The notes under the pieces: model-generated
Database searches by the model: none
What the model saw: only the letters and a program-made list of their open reading frames with translations
Told to the model about the DNA's origin: nothing
Position numbers and translations under genes: made by a program
DNA from: Minisyncoccota bacterium
GTDB lineage: Bacteria; Patescibacteriota; Minisyncoccia; Phycocordibacterales; SBAW01
Assembly (NCBI GenBank): GCA_035546615.1
Contig: DASZWM010000002.1
Span: forward strand, 15,460-79,459
Reading direction: 5' to 3'
Length of the DNA: 64,000 nucleotides
Shown: positions 63,302-64,000 of the stretch, in pieces
Layout: each line of letters begins with the position of its first letter
Position numbering within the stretch: the first letter of the stretch is position 1

Positions 63302-64000
63302 GTGAAGCATCTTCTTTATATAGGAATATGCGCCGCGGCCTTCTTCGCCTTTTTTCCTCAGGCCTCTTTTGCCGCCGCAGTTACGGCTCCTTCAATACTC
63401 GTTTCTTCAAGCACTCCGCTTCAGGGCGAGCCGGTGCTCGTGACGTTTGAGGGCGTCACCGCCACATCTTCCATACAAAGCATTTCGTATAACGGCGGCA
63501 AGCCGGGCACCTTCTTATACGCGGGCAAGGTCCATGCGCTTTTGGCTGTCGACCTGCATCAGAAGCCGGGGCCGTATGCTGTCTCGGCGCTTCTGGCCAC
63601 GGGCAAGAAGCTCGAAAAGATTATTACGGTCATAGAGCGGCCGCAGGTAAAAGCCCCGCTGGGCATTCCGGAAAAGCTCGGCGGAAATACGGCGGCGAGC
63701 CAGGCGACGCTGGTATCCACGCTTGCGAGCGAGAATGCGAGCCTTGCGAACATTTGGACCGGCACGAAGGCGTTCTGGTCGCAGAACTTCCAGTGGCCGC
63801 TTAAAAGTATTACCGTGACCGACCCGTACGGCTACTCGCGGGAAACCGGCGCGTATTCGATCGCCCATAAGGGCACCGACCTTCGCGCGGCGGAAGGCAC
63901 GCCCGTTGCGGCGATAAACCGCGGGGTAGTGCGCGTTGTGCACGAGTATCGCGACTACGGAAAGACGATAGTGGTCGACCACGGGCTCGGGCTGATGTCC
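63302..64000 (+). CDS. M23-family metallopeptidase (5' part; runs off the right edge)
   Basis: Own translation from GTG 63302. Signal peptide VKHLLYIGICAAAFFAFFPQASFA, then HKGTDLRAAEGTPVAAINRGVV...YGKTIVVDHGLGLMS (M23 HxxxD / HxH region). Not in the ORF track because there is no stop in the window. Confidence 0.7.
   Translation, partial: MKHLLYIGICAAAFFAFFPQASFAAAVTAPSILVSSSTPLQGEPVLVTFEGVTATSSIQSISYNGGKPGTFLYAGKVHALLAVDLHQKPGPYAVSALLATGKKLEKIITVIERPQVKAPLGIPEKLGGNTAASQATLVSTLASENASLANIWTGTKAFWSQNFQWPLKSITVTDPYGYSRETGAYSIAHKGTDLRAAEGTPVAAINRGVVRVVHEYRDYGKTIVVDHGLGLMS

Overview
64-kb bacterial chromosome fragment. It is G+C-rich: hand counts of sample 60-nt lines give 39-41 G+C. Housekeeping genes are tightly packed on both strands: trxB-like 5' end, ftsZ-ftsA-ybeY-rpsU, lepB, pth, rpsA, gyrA, rbfA-infB, cysteine desulfurase, clpB, rpmG, miaA, pyrF, parB, rel, topA, an RND/MFP efflux pair, dprA, serS, ftsQ-like, dus, dnaX and pgl. 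There are 8 tRNA genes. The short IF-2, the many VirB2/TrbC-like pilin paralogs, an orphan solute-binding protein and many small membrane ORFans suggest a Patescibacteria/CPR-type genome; this is inference only. No rRNA, CRISPR array, transposase or integrase was recognised. Main findings: (1) A family of multi-hairpin elements lies immediately 3' of 6 of the 8 tRNA genes, always in the tRNA's orientation. The hairpins show compensatory stem changes around a conserved core. In four copies the flanking arms are built from the 3' end of the adjacent tRNA: reverse complement on the left, direct copy on the right. I cannot match this to any described element class. (2) Two sharply AT-rich islands (12753-14905 and 55665-58758) interrupt the G+C-rich backbone. 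The second starts exactly where the tRNA-Gln-linked element is truncated and carries four ORFans. (3) Four pilin-like genes sit in tandem, and a separate pilin module is fused to a Cys-rich, possibly lytic-transglycosylase-like domain. (4) An SPFH-like/multi-TM operon has a near-consensus promoter. (5) A stand-alone GcrA-family gene is present, unexpected outside Alphaproteobacteria and phages. (6) Several apparently degenerate enzyme or regulator paralogs occur: a HisRS-like protein with decayed motif 2, a receiver domain with Glu at the phospho-acceptor site, and a trypsin-fold protein without a recognisable triad. All family assignments come from reading the translations by eye. No database search was run.
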